This document shows positions 9,298-17,485 of a stretch of 64,000 nt of DNA, in pieces (position 1 is the first letter of the stretch; each line of letters opens with the position of its first letter). The notes beneath the pieces were generated by a model. It made no database searches, was not told the origin of the DNA, and worked only from the letters and a program-made list of their open reading frames with translations. Position numbers and translations under genes: made by a program. Location: NCBI GenBank assembly GCA_041390245.1, contig JAWKQI010000002.1, positions 68,302 through 132,301 on the forward strand. The letters run 5' to 3'. Origin of the DNA: Eubacteriales bacterium (GTDB lineage: Bacteria > Bacillota > Clostridia > Christensenellales > JAWKQI01).

Positions 9298-10149
9298 ATG
9301 GATATTATAGATATAAACGAAAAACTCAATACGTATCTAGATGAAAAGTTGTCTGACATACTAAAAGATGGCCAGAACAAAACGGAAGATGAACTAGAAG
9401 AACTAATAGATGAGCTGACTGATAGATGGATTAACCGCCCTCATCAATGGCTTGATAATAAAACATTATCGGAGTACTTTTCTCAGTTTAACAGCGCAGA
9501 ACAGCTATCAGGTATGTTTTTAAAATATCTGGCAGCTTCATACGAAGTGCCGGATGTTTTGATATACAAAATGATAGATAAAAAAGAGGAAGTCTATCCG
9601 TTGCTTACGTTTGCTTTAAAGCAATTTCTCAACGCTGGAGAAGACAAAGAAAACATATGTATTAATATAATATCATTTTTCAACGAAGCTCAGTTGTCCC
9701 ATCCTTTCGACCTTTACCTAGACAAACTGAAAAAGTCCTCTAAACAGTCTGACTTAAGCGAGCTTATAGTAGACTGCTTTAAAGAATCTTCCGGTGAATT
9801 TACAGACAAATTATTCGATGCGTATTATCAAACAGACGAACCTTATGTAAAACTTTGCCTGATAGATATAATTTCATATTTCCCGGGCGATGAACAAACA
9901 GTGGAAATGATAGGCAACAGGCTTTTAATAGATGAAAACAACATAGCGTTTTTGGCTAATTGCCTGTCACGGCAATCCGGTGATCTGGCCCTTGATTTTT
10001 TAACCAGGGCACTTAATAAACCGGACTTGTCTTACTACGACTATACCGCAATAAAAGATGCGATAGAAGCTTTAGGAGAAGAAGTAAACGCAGACCGTAC
10101 ATTTAACGGCGACCGCGATTATGAGGTATTGAAAGAAAGGGGAGAATGA
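9298..10149 (+). CDS. Hypothetical acidic, all-helical protein
   Basis: 283-aa ORF lying 8 nt after the TPR gene and 1 nt before the HD gene. Codon usage is coherent. I recognise no family. Confidence 0.6.
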   Translation: MDIIDINEKLNTYLDEKLSDILKDGQNKTEDELEELIDELTDRWINRPHQWLDNKTLSEYFSQFNSAEQLSGMFLKYLAASYEVPDVLIYKMIDKKEEVYPLLTFALKQFLNAGEDKENICINIISFFNEAQLSHPFDLYLDKLKKSSKQSDLSELIVDCFKESSGEFTDKLFDAYYQTDEPYVKLCLIDIISYFPGDEQTVEMIGNRLLIDENNIAFLANCLSRQSGDLALDFLTRALNKPDLSYYDYTAIKDAIEALGEEVNADRTFNGDRDYEVLKERGE

Positions 10150-10150
10150 A

Positions 10151-10846
10151 ATGGCATGCCTGACACTTGAAGACATACGCAGCAATGAAAAAATCAATTA
10201 CTTGGTTAACTATGCAAACCGTTGTCTTGAACAGATAGGTTATACGGATCATGGCCCTCGGCACGTCGGATACGTAAGCCGTATAGCAGGCAAGCTCTTA
10301 AGCGAGCTTGACTACCCGGAACGCAGGGTTGAACTTGCCAAGATCGCCGGGTGGGTACACGACGTTGGTAACATGATAAACAGGAACGAACATGGATTGA
10401 CCGGCGCAACTATGCTGTTTTCCGTTCTAAACGATTTAAATATGGACATAGAGGACGTATGCGATATTTGTTCAGCAGTCGGCTCACATGAAGAGCAGAT
10501 GGGTAAGCCGGTAAGCGACATATCCGCCGCATTAATAATAGCGGACAAGATAGATGCATACAAAGCAAGGGTACGTGCAAATAAATACGATCCTAACGAT
10601 ATCCACGACCGTGTAAACTACTCTATCCAAAATACAAACGTGATAGTTGATAAAAATAACAAGACCATAATGTTCGACTTTACCATGGACGCTACATCAT
10701 CTATCATGGAATTTATGCAATTATACTTAACCCGCATGAAAATGTGTGAGGAAAGTGCTAAGTTCCTGGGATGCAGCTTTATACTCAAAGTAAACGGCAC
10801 AACTGCTAACAGGCTCATCTCCGTAAAAGGGAGCAATAATGTTTAG
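10151..10846 (+). CDS. HD-domain phosphohydrolase
   Basis: 231-aa ORF with the H...HD signature (HGPRHVGYV ... GWVHDVGN). Confidence 0.8.
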   Translation: MACLTLEDIRSNEKINYLVNYANRCLEQIGYTDHGPRHVGYVSRIAGKLLSELDYPERRVELAKIAGWVHDVGNMINRNEHGLTGATMLFSVLNDLNMDIEDVCDICSAVGSHEEQMGKPVSDISAALIIADKIDAYKARVRANKYDPNDIHDRVNYSIQNTNVIVDKNNKTIMFDFTMDATSSIMEFMQLYLTRMKMCEESAKFLGCSFILKVNGTTANRLISVKGSNNV

Positions 10847-11951
10847 ATGCTTTGCTTCTTGTTCTTTCGGCCTGGAATCCGAAGTTGCGTTTGAACTTAA
10901 AAAAGCAGGCTTTTCAAACGTTAAGTCTTGCGATGCGCGCGTTTATTTCGACGCAAATGAGGGAGACATTTTTCACGCCAACTTGATTTTAAGGACAGCG
11001 GACAGGGTTTACATAGAAATAGGCAAATTTATCGCTAATACATTCGATGAACTTTTTAATAAAACGGCATCTTTGCGCTTTGAAGATTATATTCCAAAAG
11101 ATGCTGCTTTTCCAGTTACGGCTGATTCCGTAAAATCGGATTTAAAAAGCGTTTCTGATATACAGTCTATCTGCAAAAAAGCAATAGTTGAAAGGCTGAA
11201 ACTGAAATACCATATCTCACATTTCCCGGAATCCAAAGAAAGATATAACGTATATGTAAATATTTTAAAGGATACTGTCACCGTTTCGCTTAATACGAGC
11301 GGAGAAGGCCTTAACAGGAGGGGATACCGGATAAAAAATGTTGCGGCTCCAATAAGGGAAACTTTGGCCGCTGGTATACTTCTTTTATCAAGATATAAAG
11401 GCGAAAGTAACTTTCTAGATCCGCTTTGCGGTTCAGGCACAATTGCCATAGAAGCCGCATTGATAGCAAAGGGGATACTCCCGGGCGCCAAGCGTTCGTT
11501 CGATATAGAAAATTGGCGGGCTTTTGACTTAACTAAACTCAAAGAGCTGCGTTATTCAAAAAAAGATTTAAATAAAAACGTCAAACTGCAAGCATTCGAC
11601 ATAGATGAAAAAGCTGTATACGCCGCACGCGCCAATGCTGCAAGTGCAGGAGTCTTAGGTGATATAGAATTTAAAGTACGCGACGTATCAAAGCTAGAGT
11701 TAAAAAATTTTTACGGCAATATCGTCTCAAATCCGCCTTATGCGATAAGGATAGGGGAACAAAATGGGGTAAGAGAGCTATATAAAAATATGGGGAAGGT
11801 ACTGCTGCCCAACTATAACAGCAATTTAAGCATAATATGCGCAGACGACGAATTCGAACGCTACTTTGGTAAAAGGGCGGATTCAAAGCGCAAACTTTAC
11901 AACGGAAATATACGCTGTACTCTATTTAAATACAGAAAAAATGCTAAATAA
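10839..11951 (+). CDS. THUMP-domain class I SAM-dependent RNA methyltransferase (RlmL/YpsC-like, COG0116 type)
   Basis: 370-aa ORF with the SAM motif DPLCGSGTIAIEA and the catalytic SNPPYAIR. It overlaps the HD gene by 8 nt. Confidence 0.82.
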   Translation: MFRCFASCSFGLESEVAFELKKAGFSNVKSCDARVYFDANEGDIFHANLILRTADRVYIEIGKFIANTFDELFNKTASLRFEDYIPKDAAFPVTADSVKSDLKSVSDIQSICKKAIVERLKLKYHISHFPESKERYNVYVNILKDTVTVSLNTSGEGLNRRGYRIKNVAAPIRETLAAGILLLSRYKGESNFLDPLCGSGTIAIEAALIAKGILPGAKRSFDIENWRAFDLTKLKELRYSKKDLNKNVKLQAFDIDEKAVYAARANAASAGVLGDIEFKVRDVSKLELKNFYGNIVSNPPYAIRIGEQNGVRELYKNMGKVLLPNYNSNLSIICADDEFERYFGKRADSKRKLYNGNIRCTLFKYRKNAK

Positions 11952-12047
11952 TGCGTTATTTCCCGACTATATTATATAAATTTAATTGACTAATCAAATA
12001 AAACAGTTTATTATATCTAATATAAAATTCGAAAGGAGTATACTAAA

Positions 12048-12365
12048 TTGACTGAAGGTTTTGCTGAAAGCTTAGGCACGTTTATACCGATTATATTGAT
12101 TTTCGTAGTATTTTTCTTTGTATTGATATTCCCGCAGAAAAGGCGTGAAAAGAAAATAAAGGAAATGCTTGCAAACATAAAGACGGGTAACAAAGTTAAA
12201 ACGATTGGTGGTATTTATGGCAAAGTCGTTTCTGTTAAAGATGACTTGATCGTTGTAGAAACAGGACCGGATAAAGCCAAACTTGTATTTGTGAGAGGCG
12301 CAATAGCTGCTGTCGATACATCAGACGAAGAAATGGATCTAATCGAATCAAAAGACGTAAAATAA
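12048..12365 (+). CDS. yajC: Preprotein translocase subunit YajC
   Basis: 105-aa ORF with one N-terminal TM helix followed by FPQKRREKK...GGIYGKVVSV. It has a TTG start with AAAGGAG upstream. Confidence 0.88.
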   Translation: MTEGFAESLGTFIPIILIFVVFFFVLIFPQKRREKKIKEMLANIKTGNKVKTIGGIYGKVVSVKDDLIVVETGPDKAKLVFVRGAIAAVDTSDEEMDLIESKDVK

Positions 12366-12380
12366 GTTTAAAGTTTAAAA

Positions 12381-12408
12381 AGGAGGCTTTTTAGCCTCTT
12401 TTATTATT
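12381..12408. terminator. Bidirectional intrinsic terminator between yajC (+) and the MBL gene (-)
   Basis: AGGAGGCT-TTTT-AGCCTCTT (8 bp, one G-U pair), flanked by an A-run upstream and a T-run downstream. Confidence 0.65.
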
Positions 12409-12413
12409 CCAAA

Positions 12414-13238
12414 TTATTGATTAATTGTAATTGATTTACCGTTGCTGATACAGTTGACATCGCCGTTCCTGGTCAAGTATACTTTCGTACCTAAATCATC
12501 TAAAATCTTCATTATTTTTTTAGACTCTTTATTTTTATCAGAGCAGGTTATCACTGCATATTCAGGATTCACTGCATTTAAAAAATCCTTGCTCATCTTA
12601 TTATAATCTCCATGATGGGGGACTTTTAAAAAAGTATGTTCCAGGTTCCCCTGGCTGATAATCTCGGTAAGCCTGTCTTTATCTGCATCTCCGGCAAATA
12701 AAAGGCTCATATCCCCATGCTTTAAACTTGTTACGAGTGAATAATCGTTGTCATCGTCGTAATTATTTTCTTTAGGCGGATATATGGTAAAATCAGCGGA
12801 ATCAAGGGTGAATTGCATATTTTCAGTTAAGTTGACAATCGGGATATTTTTATTTAAAACCGCCGAAGAATATTGTATATATTCATTGCTGGTTTTATCG
12901 TAATCCGGTTGAATCACCTCACCTACACCTATACTGTTAACTATATAGGGGGCACCACCGATATGATCGTTGTCGAAGTGGGTTATTATTAAATAGTCTA
13001 TATATCCGATATTATTGTCAATCAAATACTCAAGTATCGTTGAACCGTCATCCGTTTCTCCGGTATCTATTAAAACGCAGTGGCTGCCGGTATCTATCAA
13101 AATAGCGTCTGCCTTGCCGATGTCAAAGATTTCTATTTCCACAGTGCTAAGTTCAGTAGTCTGGCTGCTGCATGAGTATAACGTAAATATTCCTAATAAC
13201 ATTGAAATTATAATTGTGATTTTCATTAGTTTTTTCAT
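12414..13238 (-). CDS. MBL-fold metallo-hydrolase, probable lipoprotein (resembles the ComEC C-terminal domain)
   Basis: 274-aa ORF with a signal peptide ending LYSCSS and the metal motifs ITHFDNDHIGG and VPHHGD. Confidence 0.8.
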   Translation of the reverse strand: MKKLMKITIIISMLLGIFTLYSCSSQTTELSTVEIEIFDIGKADAILIDTGSHCVLIDTGETDDGSTILEYLIDNNIGYIDYLIITHFDNDHIGGAPYIVNSIGVGEVIQPDYDKTSNEYIQYSSAVLNKNIPIVNLTENMQFTLDSADFTIYPPKENNYDDDNDYSLVTSLKHGDMSLLFAGDADKDRLTEIISQGNLEHTFLKVPHHGDYNKMSKDFLNAVNPEYAVITCSDKNKESKKIMKILDDLGTKVYLTRNGDVNCISNGKSITINQ

Positions 13239-13294
13239 TTTAAGCCCTTTAAAAAATCAAATTGTATTTTTAATTCATAGTTTAAATTTTAATT

Positions 13295-14113
13295 TCAGCA
13301 ATTTCCCGCGTAAACATATTTTAAATGCTTTGCGGCGATATCTTTAAGCCTGTAAATAGTTTCAACTGGGGTAGGGGATTTATCTGCCATTTTATATTGC
13401 GGAAAAAACCGGCTAATATGCAGAGGGATTTTATAATCAACCGTTTTAAGCCACTTGGAAAGTGCCTCCATCTCATCATCGCTGTCATTTTCGCCCGGTA
13501 TTATAAGTACGGTAACTTCTACGTGGCAATGCTTATCCGCAAGCGAAATAGAGCGTTTGACTGTCTCAAGGTCGCCTCCTACCATGTCGTAAAACCTCTT
13601 GGTAAACCCCTTAAGGTCTATGTTCATCGCATCTATATAAGGCAAAAGCTCTTTTAAAGGCTGAGTACATATTGTCCCGTTAGTGACTAGGACGGTTTTT
13701 AATCCTTCTTTGTGTGCAAGCATAGCACAGTCGCGGACATATTCGTAGCTTATAAGAGGCTCGTTATACGTAAAGGCAATACCGATATTTCCAATAGGCA
13801 TAAGCTCTTTAGCCTTCATTACCAGTTGCTTAGGCGATACGTAAACCGTTTCAATAAATTCATTTGCCATGGATATATCGTTATTCTGGCAAAACGGGCA
13901 GTTTAAATTACACCCGTAACTCCCAACGGACAAAATCATGCTACCCGGGTAAAAACGCATAAGGGGCTTTTTCTCGATAGGATCTAGCGCCATAGAAGTC
14001 AGCTTTCCATAGTTATTGCAAGTTATCACTCCGTTTATATTTGAACGCGCACGGCAACGGCCGGTATGTCCTTCTTTTATATTGCAATGATGCGGGCACA
14101 AATCACAGATCAA
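13295..14113 (-). CDS. amrS: AmmeMemoRadiSam system radical SAM enzyme
   Basis: 272-aa ORF with the N-terminal Cys cluster CDLCPHHC..GRC, DPIEKKPL, and the radical SAM motif GCNLNCPFCQN. Its TTG start overlaps the stop of the upstream AMMECR1 fusion gene. Confidence 0.85.
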   Translation of the reverse strand: MICDLCPHHCNIKEGHTGRCRARSNINGVITCNNYGKLTSMALDPIEKKPLMRFYPGSMILSVGSYGCNLNCPFCQNNDISMANEFIETVYVSPKQLVMKAKELMPIGNIGIAFTYNEPLISYEYVRDCAMLAHKEGLKTVLVTNGTICTQPLKELLPYIDAMNIDLKGFTKRFYDMVGGDLETVKRSISLADKHCHVEVTVLIIPGENDSDDEMEALSKWLKTVDYKIPLHISRFFPQYKMADKSPTPVETIYRLKDIAAKHLKYVYAGNC

Positions 14114-15495
14114 GTATGTCTCACCACCTCGAAACGAAATAGCCTGACCGGTTCTTCCGGCCTTATGTCTGCTTTTTGTTTTGAAATGGCAATTTGCTTT
14201 TCAACGCTGTTTACTCCTTCAAGGTTGGGGAGTAACAGCCCGCGCCTGCCTCCGTTTTGCACTATGACTCCATAGCGCTTGACATCTAGCTTATCCGGAG
14301 AATCGATTTCTTCGGTTTCTCCTAAAACGTCTACACTATAGGTAAGTTCACCTAATTCATCTTCTCTGACAGTGTCAAACCGCGGATCATCTACCGCGGC
14401 AGATATGGCGTTTTGCATTATCTCCTCGGCTACACTGCTCCTGGTTGCTGCAGTTGTGCCTATACAGCCTCGAAGCTGCCCGTATTTTTTAAGCGATACA
14501 AATGTGCCAGCCCTGGTGTTAAGCATTTTTTGAGGGACCCAATGCGGCAAATACGCACGTTTGCCTGTTTTTATATATGTTTCAAGGCTGATCCTGGCAA
14601 GGCGGACGTATTCATCCTCATTTGCTTTTTCATCATTTAATTTTTTTCTTTCTATCGCTTCATAGCGTGTTCCGAAATCTTTCGTTTTATCTTCTCCTGT
14701 AACCTCAAACAACGCAACAGCATAACCTACGCCGAACGGCCCTTCGTAGGAAAGCAGTTCGTGTGTGACAGATTTACAATCTAATGCGCCGGCCATTATC
14801 TGAAAAGATTTAAGCCCGCATTCGGCCGCCGCTTCTGCAAAAGCGGGGGAGAAACTAAGTAAAGGCAGAAAATTTCCTGCTTTAAACGCATTTACAAGCT
14901 GTTTATCGAATTGCGGGCCTTCAGGTGAAAAACCGTATGGACCGTCTTCCTTAAGCTTATGCGATAAATCGCCACTGGCTATAATCACTATTTTGCGCCC
15001 AAGATTATTACAAGCTTTGGCAATGCACTGGCCGAACCTGTAGTGTTCAATAGGCGAAAAGCCAGACAGCCCGATTCGCACGATTTTATATTTAGAATAA
15101 ACCTTATTTAGGAAATAAAGCGGTATCATAGTCCCATGGTCAAGGGAAGCGTCTCGTTCTCCGAGCGTCCCAGCGCCTATGCCTTCCTGGGCGGCCGTCT
15201 TAGAAAGCTCATCTACAAACTCAGTATCGTAATCTACATCGAACTTAACGTTTGGTGCACGGAATACGCCCATATTTCCGGAAGCCGAGCTGCCGGGGGA
15301 TATATGAAAATAATCCCTGTACATTATAGAATGGGGGCTGGTTATAATTATAGTATCGGGCTTTAATTGGGCGATACGTTTCATGGCTGCCATATAAGCA
15401 TCTGCCGTTTTTTTGATCTTCTTTTCTTCGCCTCGTCCGACCTCCGGCAGTATGATAGGGGGGTGGGGCACAGCTACTGCTGCGAGAATAGGCAT
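14110..15495 (-). CDS. Fusion of a LigB/Memo-superfamily (class III extradiol dioxygenase-like) domain with an AMMECR1 domain (AmmeMemoRadiSam proteins B plus A)
   Basis: Track ORF 14110..15528. The ATG at 15495 is preferred because AAAGGAG lies 8 nt upstream. The N-terminal half reads AVAVPHPPIILPE...SPHS...LDHGT...SGDLSHK. The C-terminal half reads RAGTFVSLKKYGQLRGCIGT...DPRF...YGVIVQNGGRRGLLLP, which is the AMMECR1 signature. Confidence 0.82.
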   Translation of the reverse strand: MPILAAVAVPHPPIILPEVGRGEEKKIKKTADAYMAAMKRIAQLKPDTIIITSPHSIMYRDYFHISPGSSASGNMGVFRAPNVKFDVDYDTEFVDELSKTAAQEGIGAGTLGERDASLDHGTMIPLYFLNKVYSKYKIVRIGLSGFSPIEHYRFGQCIAKACNNLGRKIVIIASGDLSHKLKEDGPYGFSPEGPQFDKQLVNAFKAGNFLPLLSFSPAFAEAAAECGLKSFQIMAGALDCKSVTHELLSYEGPFGVGYAVALFEVTGEDKTKDFGTRYEAIERKKLNDEKANEDEYVRLARISLETYIKTGKRAYLPHWVPQKMLNTRAGTFVSLKKYGQLRGCIGTTAATRSSVAEEIMQNAISAAVDDPRFDTVREDELGELTYSVDVLGETEEIDSPDKLDVKRYGVIVQNGGRRGLLLPNLEGVNSVEKQIAISKQKADIRPEEPVRLFRFEVVRHT

Positions 15496-15633
15496 GGTAT
15501 CAACTCCTTTTTTATCTTTTATTGGCAAAAGCAGTTAATAAAACTATTTTTAATTTTGTCCGGATTATAAATATTTTAACTCAAAATCTTTATAGCAATA
15601 TTATATCACGTTTTTATGTTAAAGATTTTTAAA

Positions 15634-15660
15634 CAAAAAAGAACCCTGTAAACAGAGTTC
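15634..15660 (-). terminator. Intrinsic terminator after the tRNA cluster
   Basis: On the minus strand, GAACTCTG-TTTA-CAGGGTTC is followed by TTTTTTG, 14 nt after the tRNA-Thr 3' end. Confidence 0.6.
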
Positions 15661-15674
15661 AATTGATATTAATA

Positions 15675-15750
15675 TGGAGCTGGTGAGGGGACTTGAACCC
15701 TTAACCTGCTGATTACAAATCAGCTGCTCTGCCAATTGAGCTACACCAGC
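15675..15750 (-). tRNA. tRNA-Thr (anticodon UGU)
   Basis: The reverse complement GCTGGTGTAGCTCAATTGGCAGAGCAGCTGATTTGTAATCAGCAGGTTAAGGGTTCAAGTCCCCTCACCAGCTCCA folds as a cloverleaf. The anticodon loop is TTTGTAA and the CCA end is encoded. Confidence 0.88.
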
Positions 15751-15788
15751 AAATAAAGTTATCAAAATTTAAAAATTCGGGTTTAAAA

Positions 15789-15865
15789 TGGTGGGGCCTC
15801 AGGGACTCGAACCCCGGACCAATCGGTTATGAGCCGACCGCTCTGACCAACTGAGCTAAGGCCCC
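15789..15865 (-). tRNA. tRNA with CAU anticodon: elongator Met or lysidine-type Ile2, not an initiator
   Basis: The reverse complement GGGGCCTTAGCTCAGTTGGTCAGAGCGGTCGGCTCATAACCGATTGGTCCGGGGTTCGAGTCCCTGAGGCCCCACCA has a paired 1-72 (G-C) and lacks three G-C pairs in the anticodon stem, which argues against fMet. The CTCATAA loop resembles Ile2-type tRNAs. Confidence 0.85.
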
Positions 15866-15914
15866 AAAAAAGGATAAATATAAACCCGAAAATGCCCTCG
15901 TTACCGCAAAAGTA

Positions 15915-15991
15915 TGGTCGGGGTGGAGGGACTTGAACCCCCGGCCCCATGCTCCCAAAGCACGTGCGCTACCAAACTGCGCTACACCCCG
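15915..15991 (-). tRNA. tRNA-Pro (anticodon UGG)
   Basis: The reverse complement CGGGGTGTAGCGCAGTTTGGTAGCGCACGTGCTTTGGGAGCATGGGGCCGGGGGTTCAAGTCCCTCCACCCCGACCA has the anticodon loop TTTGGGA. Confidence 0.9.
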
Positions 15992-16015
15992 TAAAGGTTT
16001 TTTGCGACGAATATT

Positions 16016-16044
16016 AATATAACGTATTTAAATTTGGTTGTCAA
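16016..16044 (-). promoter_or_regulatory. Sigma-A type promoter for the tRNA Pro-CAU-Thr cluster
   Basis: On the minus strand: TTGACA (16044..16039), a 17-nt spacer, then TATATT (16021..16016), about 25 nt upstream of tRNA-Pro. Confidence 0.5.
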
Positions 16045-16132
16045 TATCTTTTTACAAAATGCCAAAAATATTGTAATATAATTTGAGGTATGTTTTAATA
16101 TTATCGTATTTAAAATGCTAAGGATATAACTG

Positions 16133-17458
16133 ATGTTTAATAATAATTTATTATATCATATTTCAACTTACGGCTGCCAGATGAACGTTCATGAAAGCGA
16201 GAAAATAGCTGGCATATTTGAGAAAAAAGGCTTTGTTAAAGCGGCTTCTAATGATGTAGCGGATATAATCTTATTCAATACCTGCTGCATAAGAGACTCT
16301 GCAGAAAAAAAGATTTTAGGCAACTTGGGTGTTATAAAACACATAAAAGCGCATAACCCTAAACTTAAGGTCATCGTATGCGGCTGTATGACCCAGCAGG
16401 AAAATACAGCTAAAAAACTAATTACGCGGTTTCCGTTTATAGATGCTGTTTTAGGTACAAACAGCATACAGGAACTTCCGGGTGCAATAGACAAGCTGTT
16501 TAGCGATACTGGCAAGATCATAAACGTATATGAAACAAAGGAAATATACGAAAGCAGCGAAGTTAAAAGAAACACTTACCCGCTATCTTATGTGAATATC
16601 ATGTACGGCTGCAATAACTTCTGCTCTTACTGCATAGTCCCTTATGTGCGGGGAAGAGAGAGGAGCCGCAAAGAAAAAGACATTATAAACGAAATAGCGG
16701 GGCTTAAAGAAGCAGGATATAAAGAAGTAACCCTTCTTGGTCAAAACGTCAACTCCTATGGCAATGATTTAAATGATGGGAGCAGCTTTGCCAAGCTTTT
16801 GGCTGAAATAGATGAAAATACAGGGATAGACCGGTTAAGGTTTATGACTTCACACCCAAAAGACTTGTCAGATGAACTTATATATGCGATAAGAGATGTA
16901 AAATCCGTATGCAATTACATGCATCTGCCGATACAATCAGGCAGCGACCGCATTCTTGGCCTTATGAACAGAAAGTATACTAGGGGAGACTATTTACGCC
17001 TGATTGAAAAACTAAGGAAAGCAAACCCCAGTATAGCCCTTTCAACGGACATAATAGTAGGTTTCCCTTCTGAAACTGAAGAGGATTTTAAAGATACTCT
17101 AAATTTGGTAAAAGAAGTCGGTTTCGATTCGGCCTTTATGTTTAAATATTCAAAGAGGACAGGCACTAAAGCGGCAAACATGCCTAAACAAGTATCAATG
17201 GGGGACAAAACATTAAGAATAAATGCCCTTGTCGAGCTTCAAAAACAGCTTTGCTTTAAATCTAATTTAAAAGATGTAGGCAGGGTGTTTAAAGTCCTTG
17301 TCGAAAACACTAGCGTAAGAGACGATACACATTTTTGCGGAAGATCGGATACAAACAAAATGGTTAACTTCTTTTCGGATAAAGACTTGATTGGAAAAAT
17401 AGTCGATGTTGAAATAACGCAGGCCAAACGCACAACGCTTTTTGGAAAACTGGTATAA
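16133..17458 (+). CDS. miaB: tRNA-2-methylthio-N6-dimethylallyladenosine synthase
   Basis: 441-aa ORF with the N-terminal cluster TYGCQMN...NTCCIR...CGC, the radical SAM motif GCNNFCSYC and a C-terminal TRAM-like domain. Its position upstream of mutS is typical. Confidence 0.88.
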   Translation: MFNNNLLYHISTYGCQMNVHESEKIAGIFEKKGFVKAASNDVADIILFNTCCIRDSAEKKILGNLGVIKHIKAHNPKLKVIVCGCMTQQENTAKKLITRFPFIDAVLGTNSIQELPGAIDKLFSDTGKIINVYETKEIYESSEVKRNTYPLSYVNIMYGCNNFCSYCIVPYVRGRERSRKEKDIINEIAGLKEAGYKEVTLLGQNVNSYGNDLNDGSSFAKLLAEIDENTGIDRLRFMTSHPKDLSDELIYAIRDVKSVCNYMHLPIQSGSDRILGLMNRKYTRGDYLRLIEKLRKANPSIALSTDIIVGFPSETEEDFKDTLNLVKEVGFDSAFMFKYSKRTGTKAANMPKQVSMGDKTLRINALVELQKQLCFKSNLKDVGRVFKVLVENTSVRDDTHFCGRSDTNKMVNFFSDKDLIGKIVDVEITQAKRTTLFGKLV

Positions 17459-17485
17459 TCAAAAAGTAGTATTGGGGGAAATGAC

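Noticed and set aside
12414-13238. The MBL-fold lipoprotein as a fourth component of the AmmeMemoRadiSam system.
   Set aside because: The only evidence is same-strand adjacency with a 56-nt gap. No known association exists, and the protein has a secretion signal whereas the system proteins are cytoplasmic.
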